A DNA stretch of 64,000 bases, from NCBI GenBank assembly GCA_051294905.1, contig CM119373.1, positions 31,310,001-31,374,000 of the forward strand. Reading direction: 5' to 3'. The DNA is from Botryllus schlosseri (lineage: Eukaryota). Positions 38,951 through 51,199 of the stretch are shown one piece after another; position 1 is the stretch's first letter, and each line of letters starts with the position of its first letter. The notes beneath the pieces are model-generated. The model was given only the letters and a program-made list of their open reading frames with translations, ran no database searches and was not told where the DNA came from. The position numbers were made by a program, and so were the translations under genes.

Positions 38951-41299
38951 GGATTTGATTTATAAGTCTGAGGGACCCCTTGTGGGGACGCCCAATGGAT
39001 CTGTCAATCCGCCCAAGGGCAATTTTATCACAACCCTTTATACACACGATTTATAGTTTCGCACACACACGTGACCCTTCCGTTTGCAAAGTAGGTAGGC
39101 GATCGATGTACGGGCGAGTCCCAAATCACGAATATTTATGTGAAGATAAATCAGTGTTAACTTCGTAAAGTAAATCAATGAATTTGATGATGAATATTGG
39201 TATTTGCGTGAGCAAGTGGTGTCTTCAAATATTTACGGCACTCAGATGTAGAATTTGAACATGCGGTTGTCGCAGGTTAGCTTAGGGCAGGCCCATTGTT
39301 ATTTATTACTTCGTTTAAACACGCTGTTATTTTGTAACCTCTGGTAAAGATTGTCGCTGACACCTATCAGACAAAATTATCAAGATTCCTTTGGTCAGAC
39401 TAGTGCGATTTCACATTAGCACTTTTTTGCGGGAGGGGGCGATATTTTCCTGTGCCAGTCGCATTTATATCGGAGGAATCTGATTGCAGGGACAGGACCA
39501 TTAGGCACCAGCCATTTCGGCACATGGACACCTATATCCAAGGCTTCGGCTAACATGAGTCGGTTTTATCGCCGTCAAACGTACTGCAGGCGCACTTCGT
39601 GGAGTCGCGTATACTATGTAACATATGTCGTCCTGTGTCCTGGCACGGTCATTGCCGGTAACTAATGGTCAAAAACCCGAATATTGAGCTGACAACCGTA
39701 TACTCAAGCATCCCAACGGTCTTTAAGGGCCTCTGGCGATACCGGGAAGATACATTTATTTTATTCTTTCTTTCGGAGATAGGTATAACCTGATGAAATC
39801 AAGAAATGTAGTTTGTAGGTTGAATTCATCTGCCCAAAATTCCCTACAATTTATAGATTTTACGAAAATTGGCCTCTTCCGCATCCCTGGCTATGCTATG
39901 ATTCGCACACATTTTAACGGAGAATGAGAATACATATAACTCATCGAAGACGTGTATGTTACTTTTTCAAACACCAAATCCACGAATTTTCTAGATTGAA
40001 ATAACGACTGAAATTTAAAGAAGAAGGGCAACGATATAATTTCATTGCAGTAAGATGTGTAGCTCGGTGTCATTCAGGTCTTTGAGACTGTGCCACGAGA
40101 TCTGCAAGGTTGGGACCTATAGCACTGCAGCAAACGTGGGTCGTGCAAAGAGGAATAATAAGGGTTGCATTTGACACAGTAGATGTTCAAAGCGAATGCT
40201 ATTTTAAAAAAGAATTTTTTTTTTAGAAGTTGTGTCATTATGTCATAGTTGTGTGAATGCTTTCGAGATGGCATGTAGTTCAAGCCTTCGGACGATTTGC
40301 ACTAGATACCGTCAACGTATACGATGTAGAATGGTTGGAGTCAATGATCCCTCTAATTTTTCACTAGTCTGTGCAAACATACCGAGTCACTGCTCGGTCC
40401 CTGGGACAGCAAGGCGGGCGTACCTCCATTCAAGCCACATGATATATTGATATGATCAAATTACAGCATTTACATTCCGTTTTATTACACGACACCCGAT
40501 AATCAGATTATAAGTGAAGAACGGGAACTACAATCTAAACATGATGTGGTCTCAACTTGTAATACTTGTGTAGATACACAAACAATGTTACTGCATTGGA
40601 ACGTCACAAGTGAAATTTAGTGATGCCATGGCTAAAAAATGGAATGAAAAACATTATTTAAACAAGAGGAAAGGTTTTAAATATGTTTTTGATTTTTTGT
40701 TTATGTTTTAAAGAAACCCGAGGCGTAATGATTCGACTACTACGCGCCGACTATTAAGGCGCGGTCTTTTATAGTAAGGAAATTATACGCCCCATTGAGA
40801 TCAGCGGTTCTTAACTTTTACTAACCTATGCTTAACACCTACGCATGAATATTCATTGCTACCCAGTATGTCTTCTGTTGTTCCCTTTCAGATACCAGTT
40901 CAGAAGTGTGAGAATTCACATTCAAAAGTGTTATCGTATTTTTCGGTGGAAACGCAATAGCGAGATACCAATTGATTTATTACAATCGAGCTTATAAACA
41001 TCGGAGATATAATTGGCATTACAGACGGACGGGGATCGACTTCGAGCCCCAACTTTCCTGCGTACACCGCTGCACCACAATAGTAATGATTCGACTACAG
41101 ATCGAGCCTAATTACCCACAACAAACGATGGCCAAGACGGGCGTATCATTACAAATCATATCTACCAGTTGATTCATTACAATCATATGTACGAGTTGAG
41201 TGTGGGTCTTCACCTCCAGGGAATCCCTAAGACTGGCACATTGAACCCCTAGTGTTACGCGGAACACCCGTTAAGAGTCACCGGTTTGGATTTGGTTCA

Positions 41300-41880
41300 A
41301 CGTGGAAGCCTTGTAACCTCAATTGCCGGTATTCCATCATCCGGCACGTGTAGTACAAAGATATTCGCGCAGTGGAAATGATAATTCTGGGAAGTCACGA
41401 TCAACCCACAAGTGCATTGAAATGGTATGATCTGAAAATGCCAAATTATCGCTCTGTGTTGAAGAATCTACACTATTTTCTGTGTGGTCACATAAAATGT
41501 GCTTGAGCTAAAATTTGCTCGACACAACAGAAACCCCTGCCGCTCCCATTTTATTATCGCGTATAACATTTTATTATACTTAGGTTCAGAACATCTGGTG
41601 CGGCTCATGGACTAAATTCCGAGCTGAGTCTTGCAGAAACAACCATATATTTCATTCGTGGAGTGTGAATGCAAATTCTTCACGACAAATTCGTTACAGT
41701 AGGTCACAGATTTTGAGATTAGTTTTTCGATTTACACCACTGCTCTCTGACGGGGTTCAGTCTGATATTATTGCACACTATCCCGTGAAGTGTTTCAGAA
41801 GACGACTGATAAGAACCATAGATCAATGTAGGCTACCTTGTACAATGTACAGCATTGCTGATTGTGCCATCCATAGCTGA
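41300..41880 (+). pseudogene. Decayed GPCR-like relic
   Basis: CCCATTTTATTATCGCGTATAACATTTTATT matches the 28 kb copy; tail SQILRLVFRFTPLLSDG. Confidence 0.4.
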
Positions 41881-42310
41881 GCTCCTACAACTAACCAAGG
41901 CATTTCGTAGTTTTGAAAATAGCTCACATGTATATATCACAATATTGCTTTTGTCAGCGTGAAGCTAGAACGAATAGATGTACCTAAAAGCAAAATATTG
42001 TTCAAGCAACAAGTTCGTGATTATGGTCCACCTGGAATATCAATGCGATAGATGTCACTCTATCCAGTCCGGAACATTCTGCCTATAAGGAAACGGGGAG
42101 ACACAGACATGTTCATATACCTTTTCCTTTGCAGATTTCGATTTAATCATCAAAAATATAATTGTTGAATTTACAGAAGTCGGGCCAGCTTGCAGTTAGT
42201 GATCAGCTTGCTGCTTGATCAGCACGTAATCTCGTTATTTTCACAATAACATATTTCACTTTTTGCACTCACCAAGTCAAGCTTGGGACACTTGGGTCAC
42301 GGCCTGAAAC

Positions 42311-43261
42311 CAGTGTTGGAATGACTCGAGTCATGACTTGACTCGAGTCAGACTCGAGTCACCTTTTTTGCATGACTTGACTTGACTTGAGTCACTTTGC
42401 TGAAATGACTTGACTTGACTTGACTCGGCGTATCAGAAATGTGGATTGACTCGTGACTCGGAGCAAAATTCACGAGTCAATTTCAAGTCATCAAGTAATC
42501 GGTGTCGATGTATCTTGGATATGTTCGGATTGTTCGCGAAACACTTGTGTAACCCGTGAGAGCGACCAATCATTCAATGACCGTGCGTTTCACCGAGCCT
42601 CGATTGTTCTCTCACAAATAAATCGACCGTAAACGAAGTGATCGAAGCTTATAGCTTAAGTTGTCGTAACTCTAGTAGTAAAGTAATAGAATAACAAAAT
42701 GTCTATTTCTGATCTCTGTTCTTACCTTCACCAAAGCTCTTGTTATATTGAAATTGAAGTGGAATATAGTTTATATAGTCCTCAACCATTGGCGCAGGCT
42801 CGAATGGTAGCCTGTCATATCTATTTGTAAATGGGTAATGTATTGCATCTTATCAACTCGTTTCTCTATTCTATATTTTGGCTTGTAACTATAAACTGAG
42901 GCTACGCAATTACGTATATGTCAGCGATACAGCGCCTGCTTGTGTGTATATTCAACTCGATATTCGTTCATCGGTGCGGAATCAATGACCCCTCAAACTG
43001 TATTTCAGACAGCTAGCAAATTGCAATGACGTAATCATGCCTCATACACACTTAGAAAAGGCAACTTGACTTGAAATGTGACTTGACTCGTGACTTGACT
43101 TGACTTGACTCGACTTGACTCGAGTCACCTCCAAAAATCGAGTGACTTGACTTGACTCGAGTCACCTTTGAACATTGATTGACTTGACTTGACTCGAGTC
43201 AAAATGTGCAATAACTCGAAATGACTCGTGACTCGAAGGCAGTGACTTGATCCCAACACTG
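42311..43261 (+). mobile_element. Family B MITE, full length (AGTCA/GACTC arrays)
   Basis: TIR CAGTGTTGGAAT / ATCCCAACACTG; perfect TSD CCTGAAAC. Confidence 0.92.
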
Positions 43262-44703
43262 CCTGAAACACAGGTCAAAGATCAAGGTCATTTTTCATTA
43301 TGAAAGGACGGAATATGGAGAACATAGATGATGGCACCATCGCCGTATCAACATCGATCGACGCGGGTCCGTGAACCACATTTTAAGAACCCCTGATCTA
43401 TAAGCTGTAACGAATCTTCACGATAGAACATTTGTGTATGAGGAACTGTACACGGAAAATAATAAATTTTGAAATCAGTCTGCAGAGCAAAAAAGATTAA
43501 CGGACCATTAATATACCAATATACATTATACATGTCTGTCCACACTCCCTACGCTAGAGCTATAACAGAAAAAAGATCTAATCGTGAATGACTTCGAGTA
43601 AACTTTATCTTCACTTGAATATCATACAGGACACATTACAACTTGATACTTAACAGTGCCAAGTGGATGTGAATCGGATGTGACCTGAGTTATGACATTG
43701 GAATTCAGATGACTGACTGCATAGTGCACACACACTACACATACACATGAAAGTCACCCGAATGTAGAATCTGAAAAGCGATTAAGCATGTCACTTATTT
43801 GTCGAATTTCAAACCGCTAAACGCGACTGCTTTTGACCCTAACTAGGGATGGTGTGAACGTGATGTTCACGTTCGCGTTCTGTGAGTGAACCTCAGAAAT
43901 CTAGAGGTTCACGTTCACAAACGAGCCTTGGTAGGCGCTGCACTGTGAACTTTTTTCATATATTACAACTCTCACTTCATTATAACATGTTTGGTTGAAA
44001 TTTATTACATCAACTGCGGTCCACTGTACGCGTGGCGCTGGTATCATAGAAAATCAACACTAAACGAGCATGAACCTTGACAATCTCAAAAATTTTATTT
44101 GCTTTCTTACAAAAGTTTGCTCAAAATATCCAACCTTCCTTTTGTGAATATTTAGTGACTCTCTGCTGCTGCTCATGACCCGCAATCACACAACATCAAG
44201 AGCGAAATAGACCATACATGTAGTCAGTTAATGATGCTTATTCAGCCAATTAATCAAATTGACATATCATGTCTGATGTATAAAATCTAGTAGGCGAACG
44301 GGGTCAATCTTGACGTCATACGTTCATTGTATCATTAAATCCAAATCCGTGCGATTGGGGTGTTGACTACTGGTGTATAGCCTAACTTATTAATGGGGTA
44401 ATATCGGTAGCAAGTATAGAAAACCGTTTTACTCTCTGCTCAATATCAACATAGCCATACTCAGACGCCGAATACGTTGTCCAGTCTGGCCCAGACCGTT
44501 AAGGCGTAAGCGTATAGTCCCTTGCAAGTCCTCGTCGAAATTGTTGGCAAAGCGACGGAAGATATTGATTTTATGGGATGATTATACCATTTGATTGCCC
44601 CAATTAATATATTAGGCGACGTTTAAAACGTCGATATGTACTTCAGCGTTCTGGCATTATGTGGCCCGAGTCGTCGCTAGGTTTCGTGTACATTAATATA
44701 GGC

Positions 44704-46248
44704 CAGTGGTTCCCAACCTTTTTCATCTCGTGCCTCCCTTGACCGAAATTTAAGCCCAAATTCCCCTCTTAGGAGAAATCGGCCCGATGATTAAAAAAGG
44801 TCATTTTTACCGCTCAAACACCGGTCGACTGAGAGAATAAGACGGGTGGTACCGAGTGTTTGTTTCTAGCAGGGCTGTAACAACACTTTGGAGACCTCTA
44901 AAAACAATGGCCTTGGTCCCAATCAAACAAATTCTGGAAGGCTTGACTCAACAGACCCTCACATTTCCATTTGTGTTTTCGGCTTACCATGCACCAATCG
45001 TTAATATAACTGCTGTGAAATATCAGTATGCATAAATTTACTGGTCTCGCGATTTTTTTCTCAAGTTTGCGTATGGATCTGGTCAATATTATTGGTACTT
45101 TCATATATAGCAGGGTTGACCGGACTCGAGTCACCATTTTCTGATTACTCGACGTGACTCAAAATATGGAAACGACTCGACTCGACTTGAGACAATCTGT
45201 GTATTGACTCGACTTGGATTCGAGTCATTGTGCATGACTCGAACCAAGCCATATAACTCGAGACTATAGGACGGCCAAGACCGGCATTTCATTGTAATTT
45301 CGAAGAACAGTAAAGTGACCACCCTATTGGAATTTCGTCTATTGATCCTGGTTCTTGAAACTGCGACAAGAAACTGCTGAAAGTGAGGAAAATTAGTATA
45401 TTATAAATTGAAATCATTCAATATCACCAAGCAGAGTTGTGAAAAGCGGGCTTAACAAGACTTCTACTGGAAACTGAGCCGTCAACACAAAGACTTGGAC
45501 TCGGGCTCAAGTCATAATACCATGATTCGAACTCGACCCGCTGCTCGGTGACTTGGACTCGGACTTGACTCAATGGTGAATTGAAAACGACTCGACCCTG
45601 CTCGAGTCAAAACTATGAAAGTGAGATTGACTTGTGACTCGTAGCCTCGTGACTTGGTTGCAGCCCTGAGATATAACATACACATGATCAGATTTCCTGC
45701 TGGAGCTCGTTGATATTTAGGACACCCATTACGTTTTGGCAACATTGCACCAGGCTTAACATGCCTTTTTTGATCGGGTAGCTGTTCACTAAGAATAAAG
45801 CAAGGCTAGCGATCTCTTTCACTTGAATCGATGACGTTGGAATATTTTGTCACTGTATGAAAATGTTGACTTGAGAATATAAGATAAATACTTTCACCGG
45901 AGGCCTTGTGATAGATTCGGCACGAAATTTGCTCGCTCAGGATAATTTAATTGAGTGGCCGTGGCTGGCTTACATAATTGTCTTGCGAACTGCAGCACAT
46001 CTGAATTAGTTTAAAAAAAACATGGGGGAATTTGTATGTGGAAAATAGATTTGAAATAGCATTTGAACATACTTTCATCAAATAAACACAGCCATAAGGA
46101 GCATACGTTCGGGTATAACTGGTTGACTACATGACAGTTCGGACATGAACAATTTGGGAAATCTGTTACAATTCTAAAGCGGAATTCCTCCCTGAAAATT
46201 GCAAAATTCCCCCCAAGGGGGGAATTCCTCCCCGGTTGGGAACCACTG
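44704..46248. mobile_element. Charlie-like hAT element nested in family A
   Basis: TIR CAGTGGTTCCCAACC / GGTTGGGAACCACTG; perfect TSD ATATAGGC. Confidence 0.9.
45111..45668. mobile_element. GACTC-repeat MITE, third nesting level
   Basis: Ends CAGGGTTGACC / GGTTGCAGCCCTG; TSD ATATATAG/AGATATAA (6 of 8). Confidence 0.7.
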
Positions 46249-46542
46249 ATATAGGCTATCACTTCACTGAACTACAGGGTTGGAATTAGTAATATGAGGT
46301 CACGTGACGTCATACGGTTCGTGTTCACACGTACCTGAACGTTTCAGAGGTTCACATCATCCCTAACCCTAAGGCACGTAGCCTACACAAAACGAATGAC
46401 TTGCATAAATAGATGGAAAAAGAGGCAATTGTTTTTGTAACCCGTTGCTATGCCCTTGATATCGGCAACATGAAGCTTGCAGTACAGAGTCAAGTATGGT
46501 ATTGGATCAAATCATGTTGGTTGGACTTAATATAAACATATC

Positions 46543-47298
46543 TCAGGGTAATCCCTCCACTAATACACCTTCTTCTATATTCTGCATTGCCGTTGATGGC
46601 GGTGGCTCCTGTTGACGTGAGGTATTATTCGGCGCGTGCGGTGCTGCTCTTAAAATCATCTTCCGCTCGTCCGGTCCGTATACGTACCGATGCCGCGTCA
46701 GGTTTGCGATTTGCTGCTGTCCAAGCGATGCGTAAGGTAACACTACATCGTAACTGCACAGGCAACATATTCCGCCGCAGCAGTACGCGGCATGTACAAT
46801 GGTGATCACCATGGACGGAAAACATATAATCGCCACACAGGCGTGAAGCCCAACTAATGCTTGACTGCACCAAATGCCGGTCGATAACCCTCCAAAAACA
46901 GAGAAATAAACTCCCAAGCCTAACCCGGCAGAGGAGATAATTGCCATCGTCATGTTTGCAACATACAGGCCTCTCGAGGGTTTGCACCTGACGCTTATTC
47001 CAACAGCACCCGTCGTTGCCAAGATTAAACCACACCATATTCCTTGGGAGGAATATGACCATCGCCTCGCGAATTGACAGCTCCATGAAGAGCCCGCGTT
47101 AGTTGCGACAATCGCTGCGGATATTCCGAGCACTGTAGACAAAACTCCAAACACAACTTCAGCTATTCCTATTCTGAATATGACTTTGCGGCGCTTTTCC
47201 CATGGACTGAAAGACGTGAGTGGTTGTGTGGAGATCGTCGCGTGAGGTTCGGCTTCCGCATCGAAATCAGCCAGTACAAGAGGGATACGTAAATCCAT
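46543..47298 (-). CDS. MS4A/CD20-like copy 6 (251 aa; PPAY removed by in-frame deletion)
   Basis: Intact ORF from MDLRIP; tail RQQEPPPSTAMQNIEEGVLVEGLP; an in-frame upstream ATG at 47382 is an alternative start. Confidence 0.9.
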   Translation of the reverse strand: MDLRIPLVLADFDAEAEPHATISTQPLTSFSPWEKRRKVIFRIGIAEVVFGVLSTVLGISAAIVATNAGSSWSCQFARRWSYSSQGIWCGLILATTGAVGISVRCKPSRGLYVANMTMAIISSAGLGLGVYFSVFGGLSTGIWCSQALVGLHACVAIICFPSMVITIVHAAYCCGGICCLCSYDVVLPYASLGQQQIANLTRHRYVYGPDERKMILRAAPHAPNNTSRQQEPPPSTAMQNIEEGVLVEGLP

Positions 47299-47899
47299 TA
47301 CTATGACCAAAGCGGAGCAGATAAATAAATAGTCTCTAATGGATTTGTATCGGAACTTGGAAATCTGATAAATTATGGGCATACAAAATTTTCGATCAGT
47401 GTTGGCTACATAACATTTATATCAAAATCGCTGATATTGGCCATGTAAGCTTATAAGGAAGGAAAGGTGTACTGGATTCTGGTAAAACGTAATCCGCGAA
47501 TCTGCCTCCGAAAGCATGTAATTCTCAATAATTAAATAGCTTGCTCATTAGGACTCTTCAAAATGACTTTTTCCTCAAATCGTACTGATTAGCCTACTTG
47601 ATAAAATTGTTGGGTTACCTAATTTAAGCCTACACACTAAATTTGGTCCAATTCCAACGAGTAGCCGCATTGCTACAGAAGAAAGTTCATATTTATTATA
47701 GTATAATAAATAGCAAAAAAATTGAAAATTTTCTGTTCATCCCATGAACGTGTTAGGTTGTCTATAGAAACGATGTTCACCAAATTTGGTTATTGCCGTC
47801 GAAAAATTTGGATTTGAAAAAAATAGTATTTACGGTGGGCAGAACTATAATAAATAATTGAAGAATTGGTCACTGTAAATACTATTTTATTCATAATCC

Positions 47900-48317
47900 A
47901 AATTTGTCGCGCAGTCGCGCAGTGTTTGTTGCGATTATACCCCAGCGTGTCGTCGAAAGCGCCACGCTTTATTATTACATTCGCGACCACCTATCTTTGT
48001 GAAAATAGATTTTCGGTGCTCGTTCATATCAAATCGACGGCGCGGATTTTCAAGACTCGGCCGCGTATTTCATGAAACGCAGCCACAGAATTCGCTTTGA
48101 AATAAAAGGTGTTCTCGGTTTTTACATGAATAGTAGTATGCTGTTTTCAAGAAAATTCATTTTGTTGCTGTTTATCACTAGCCTACATGGAATATTTGCA
48201 CAAGACAAATGACGGTTGCACGATAATTGAGCGAATTTCTTACTAAAGCTAGGGGTTCACGGGGGACCCTGACGATTAAAAGAAGGTCCGTGAGGACAAG
48301 AAGGTCGAGAACCACTG
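47900..48317 (+). mobile_element. 3' part of a Charlie-like hAT derivative
   Basis: FATTYLCENRFSVLVHIKS dimerisation-region relic; terminus GAGAACCACTG; a similar fragment lies at about 50020-50346. Confidence 0.75.
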
Positions 48318-49699
48318 TACTAGATGATTCGTATGTTGCGTTACGAACCATCGAGGTTTCAAGACTTCCACAGTAGAAAATACTATCGAAACTGTAAGTT
48401 TCGTTGTGAATAAATTCTTATTGGTAAGGATCGCAAGATTTTAAGTACTCGGAGGAATAACCTCTCATTTCTCGACTCGCATCAATAGAATCAACACTAA
48501 GTTCAGATTCGAGTACTTGATTCATTGTGCTCAGCCCTAGTCATAAGGCGGCATCCGTGACTTTGCGAACATCGTTTGTTTCTTACAGTATGTAGGCATT
48601 TGAGCATCTACACATAGTCAGAATGAAAGATATGTGAAAAAGAGTACAATCAAAATTGAGGAAGATCCAATACAGGACCAAATCGTATTATCGCTGTCCA
48701 GGGATGTCGAGTCGCTTCAGTTCTCCACTGATTCCAACCCCGACTGCGACTTTGAACATTTACAATATAACGTCTCCTACTCTAACTCCGACTCCAAAAA
48801 CTTTAAATACACTGACTCCAGCTTCGAGTCTTAACATTCACAGAGCTCTCACTCTTGCACTAACTCCAACTCCAACATTCCTACAAATCTATTCAGGAAA
48901 TTCCGTATTCATTACAATTCTCAGTCAATAAACAGTACCAAACTTTTTTTAAAAAATTATTGAATTCCAACTAAAATTGTGCTCGCAGAAAAAAGTTTAG
49001 TTTGTGAAGGTGCGCCTACGTGAAAAAATGTAATACGCTATGTACCTCCAAAAGCCCTTTTCAGTAACATTTGGTTCGATATTAAAGTGCTTGGAGCCTC
49101 GTTGGGGTAAGATCATTTCAAACAAACTTCGACACCAGTAGTAGAAACTGTAACGGCATAGCGACTCCCCCTTTGACTCTTTAGTCCTGGCCCTATCGCA
49201 AATGATATTGCATAGAAACATAATACATATAGATGGTATGGCATAGACCAGTGGTTATTAATCGGTGGTCGGTCTGCTCACCCCTAGAGGTCCGTACGGC
49301 ATTTTATGGATGACTGCGAAACTAATAATTTCGAAACATGATTCATAATTTATTTTGTGATTTTGTACTCAGGGTAGATCATGCGAATCAGATTTGCTTT
49401 GTAATTGCTACAACTGTTGGACTCGTGAATCCGCGACTTGACGGCTAGGCACTCAGCACTGCAGAATGGTATGGAGGGAAATTTATTGGTGGTTTACACG
49501 GTTTCTTCGCATCTACATCATTAAAGCATCTCGAAGGTGCAGACGAAAAACTCTCTCCACGAAATATTTCCCAATTTTCGTGCCTTATGTTGCGGTCAAC
49601 CCGAAACGTGTCGTCATACAGGTTACGCGTCGGTATTTTATTCACCTCCACCTATCTTTCGAAACGGATTTTCTGCTCTCATACTTCAATATACAATTT

Positions 49700-50020
49700 A
49701 ATAGTATATTCATATTGGAAACAAGTCGAATATTTTCGGCTGACACTCGTCAGGGGTAATTGTCAGCAGCTAGTAGAGAATTGGAAAGGACATTGCACAT
49801 CAAGTATCGTAACACAAAATTAGACGTCACCAGCTCCAAGTTTCAAATAAGAGCGCGTTTAATGTACTCTTGTTGACACAGCACTGGCTGGTGTATTTTG
49901 ATAAATGTCGACTCCAAGGCACCCAAATGAAAGTGTGAGCGGCCCCTTCCGACGACGCGAAATTTGTCGTCGTGATAAGTTTTCGCACAAGCGGCATTAA
50001 CCAACAAATATTTGCCACTG
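49700..50020 (-). mobile_element. Penelope-like element 3' relic
   Basis: GKYLLVNAACAKTYHDDKFRVVGRGRSHFHLGALESTFIKIHQPVLCQQ matches the endonuclease C-terminus at 12600-12750; hammerhead-like core downstream. Confidence 0.75.
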
Positions 50021-50399
50021 GCAGAATTTATTCTTATCAAATCGAAGGCGTGGATTTCCAAGACACGACCACGTATTTCAAAACTTGCTCTTGACATGAA
50101 GATGCAGAAATCCAATCAAGTGAATTTGCTTTAAAACAATACGAGTCTTGACAAATTATACATGGTATGATGTTATTTAAATTATTAGCGCATTTTTTGT
50201 AGTGTACACTAGCTTACAGGTATTATTTGCATAAGACGAATGCCCCGTTGCTGGATAGTCGAGCTAAATTTGTACCAAGACCTACGAGGAAGCGACCTTG
50301 ATGAATTAAACGAGGCTGGTGATTACAAATAGGTTGAGAACCACATATGGTGTAACACGAATGGTATTTTACCTTTACCTTGGCACCCTGGCGATTCTG

Positions 50400-51100
50400 G
50401 CATTCTGAAAAAACCAGGCCACCTGCGACATGTCACCATGACAGTAGACAGCTAGTAAAAGTGACTTGTATCCCTAAATCTTCAAATTCGACATCGTAAC
50501 ACGAACTCTGTCTGTACGTTACGATAAACTGCCACAAGATATACTTTACTCTGACAACCTATCGTCTCGGATGTATCTACAGCGCACATGGGAGACCATT
50601 TGGTCGCAATTTAATTCAGATTCATGCGTCACTTGTTACGGTATGATTGATATCAATGCATTGGAACGGGAACTTTCCCTGTTTATGTCATGCTCATTCA
50701 TGGTAATCAGAAGATTACCATGGAACAATGTGCTAGTGCACAGTATGATATACTGTCTATCTATTGAATCTTACCAGTTCACACTTATTGGCAACTGTAG
50801 TAGCTCTACACTACTAATGCAAATATAAAAGAGATTTCTAATTGATGTCAAACCAGTCAGAACCGAGTACCATTACGTCAATGCGAAGATATATTCTATT
50901 GACTAGAGTGCCATGTCTATGACAATTCGAAATGCGGTCCTTCACGGCTAGTATTCAAGGGAGATTCGAGCTGGGGAGCTCAAACGATTTTGGCTTGTTT
51001 CCGATACTGTAATATTGAGGGATTATATAATATGTTTGTTATATACTATATTGAAAGGTCTGAATGTTAGTCATAATTGTTTCCGCACACATTTAAGGGA
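50400..51100 (-). pseudogene. Decayed class A GPCR-like relic
   Basis: One frame reads SIDRQYIIL...ALISIIP*QVTHESELNCD (DRY-like motif, TM4 end, ECL2 Cys); homologous to 38180-38950. Confidence 0.45.
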
Positions 51101-51199
51101 TAAGTACCTCGTGGTACATAATTTGAATATTGCATCGAACAGCACATTCATATTCGCAATACAAATCTGCGCATGACAGCCTGTAACGTGAAATATAGT

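Larger units (their letters stand above)
43844..46365 (+). mobile_element. Family A element split by nested insertions
   Basis: Both TIRs present; TSD ACCCTAAC/ACCCTAAG; interior resumes at 46249. Confidence 0.85.

Noticed and set aside
42311-43261. Regular short repeats that might suggest a CRISPR array
   Set aside because: 5-6-bp motifs inside TIR/TSD-bounded elements, no unique spacers, eukaryotic context
48656-48931. Thr/Pro-rich mucin-like ORF
   Set aside because: Produced by a degenerate ACTCC repeat array, most likely a MITE subterminal region
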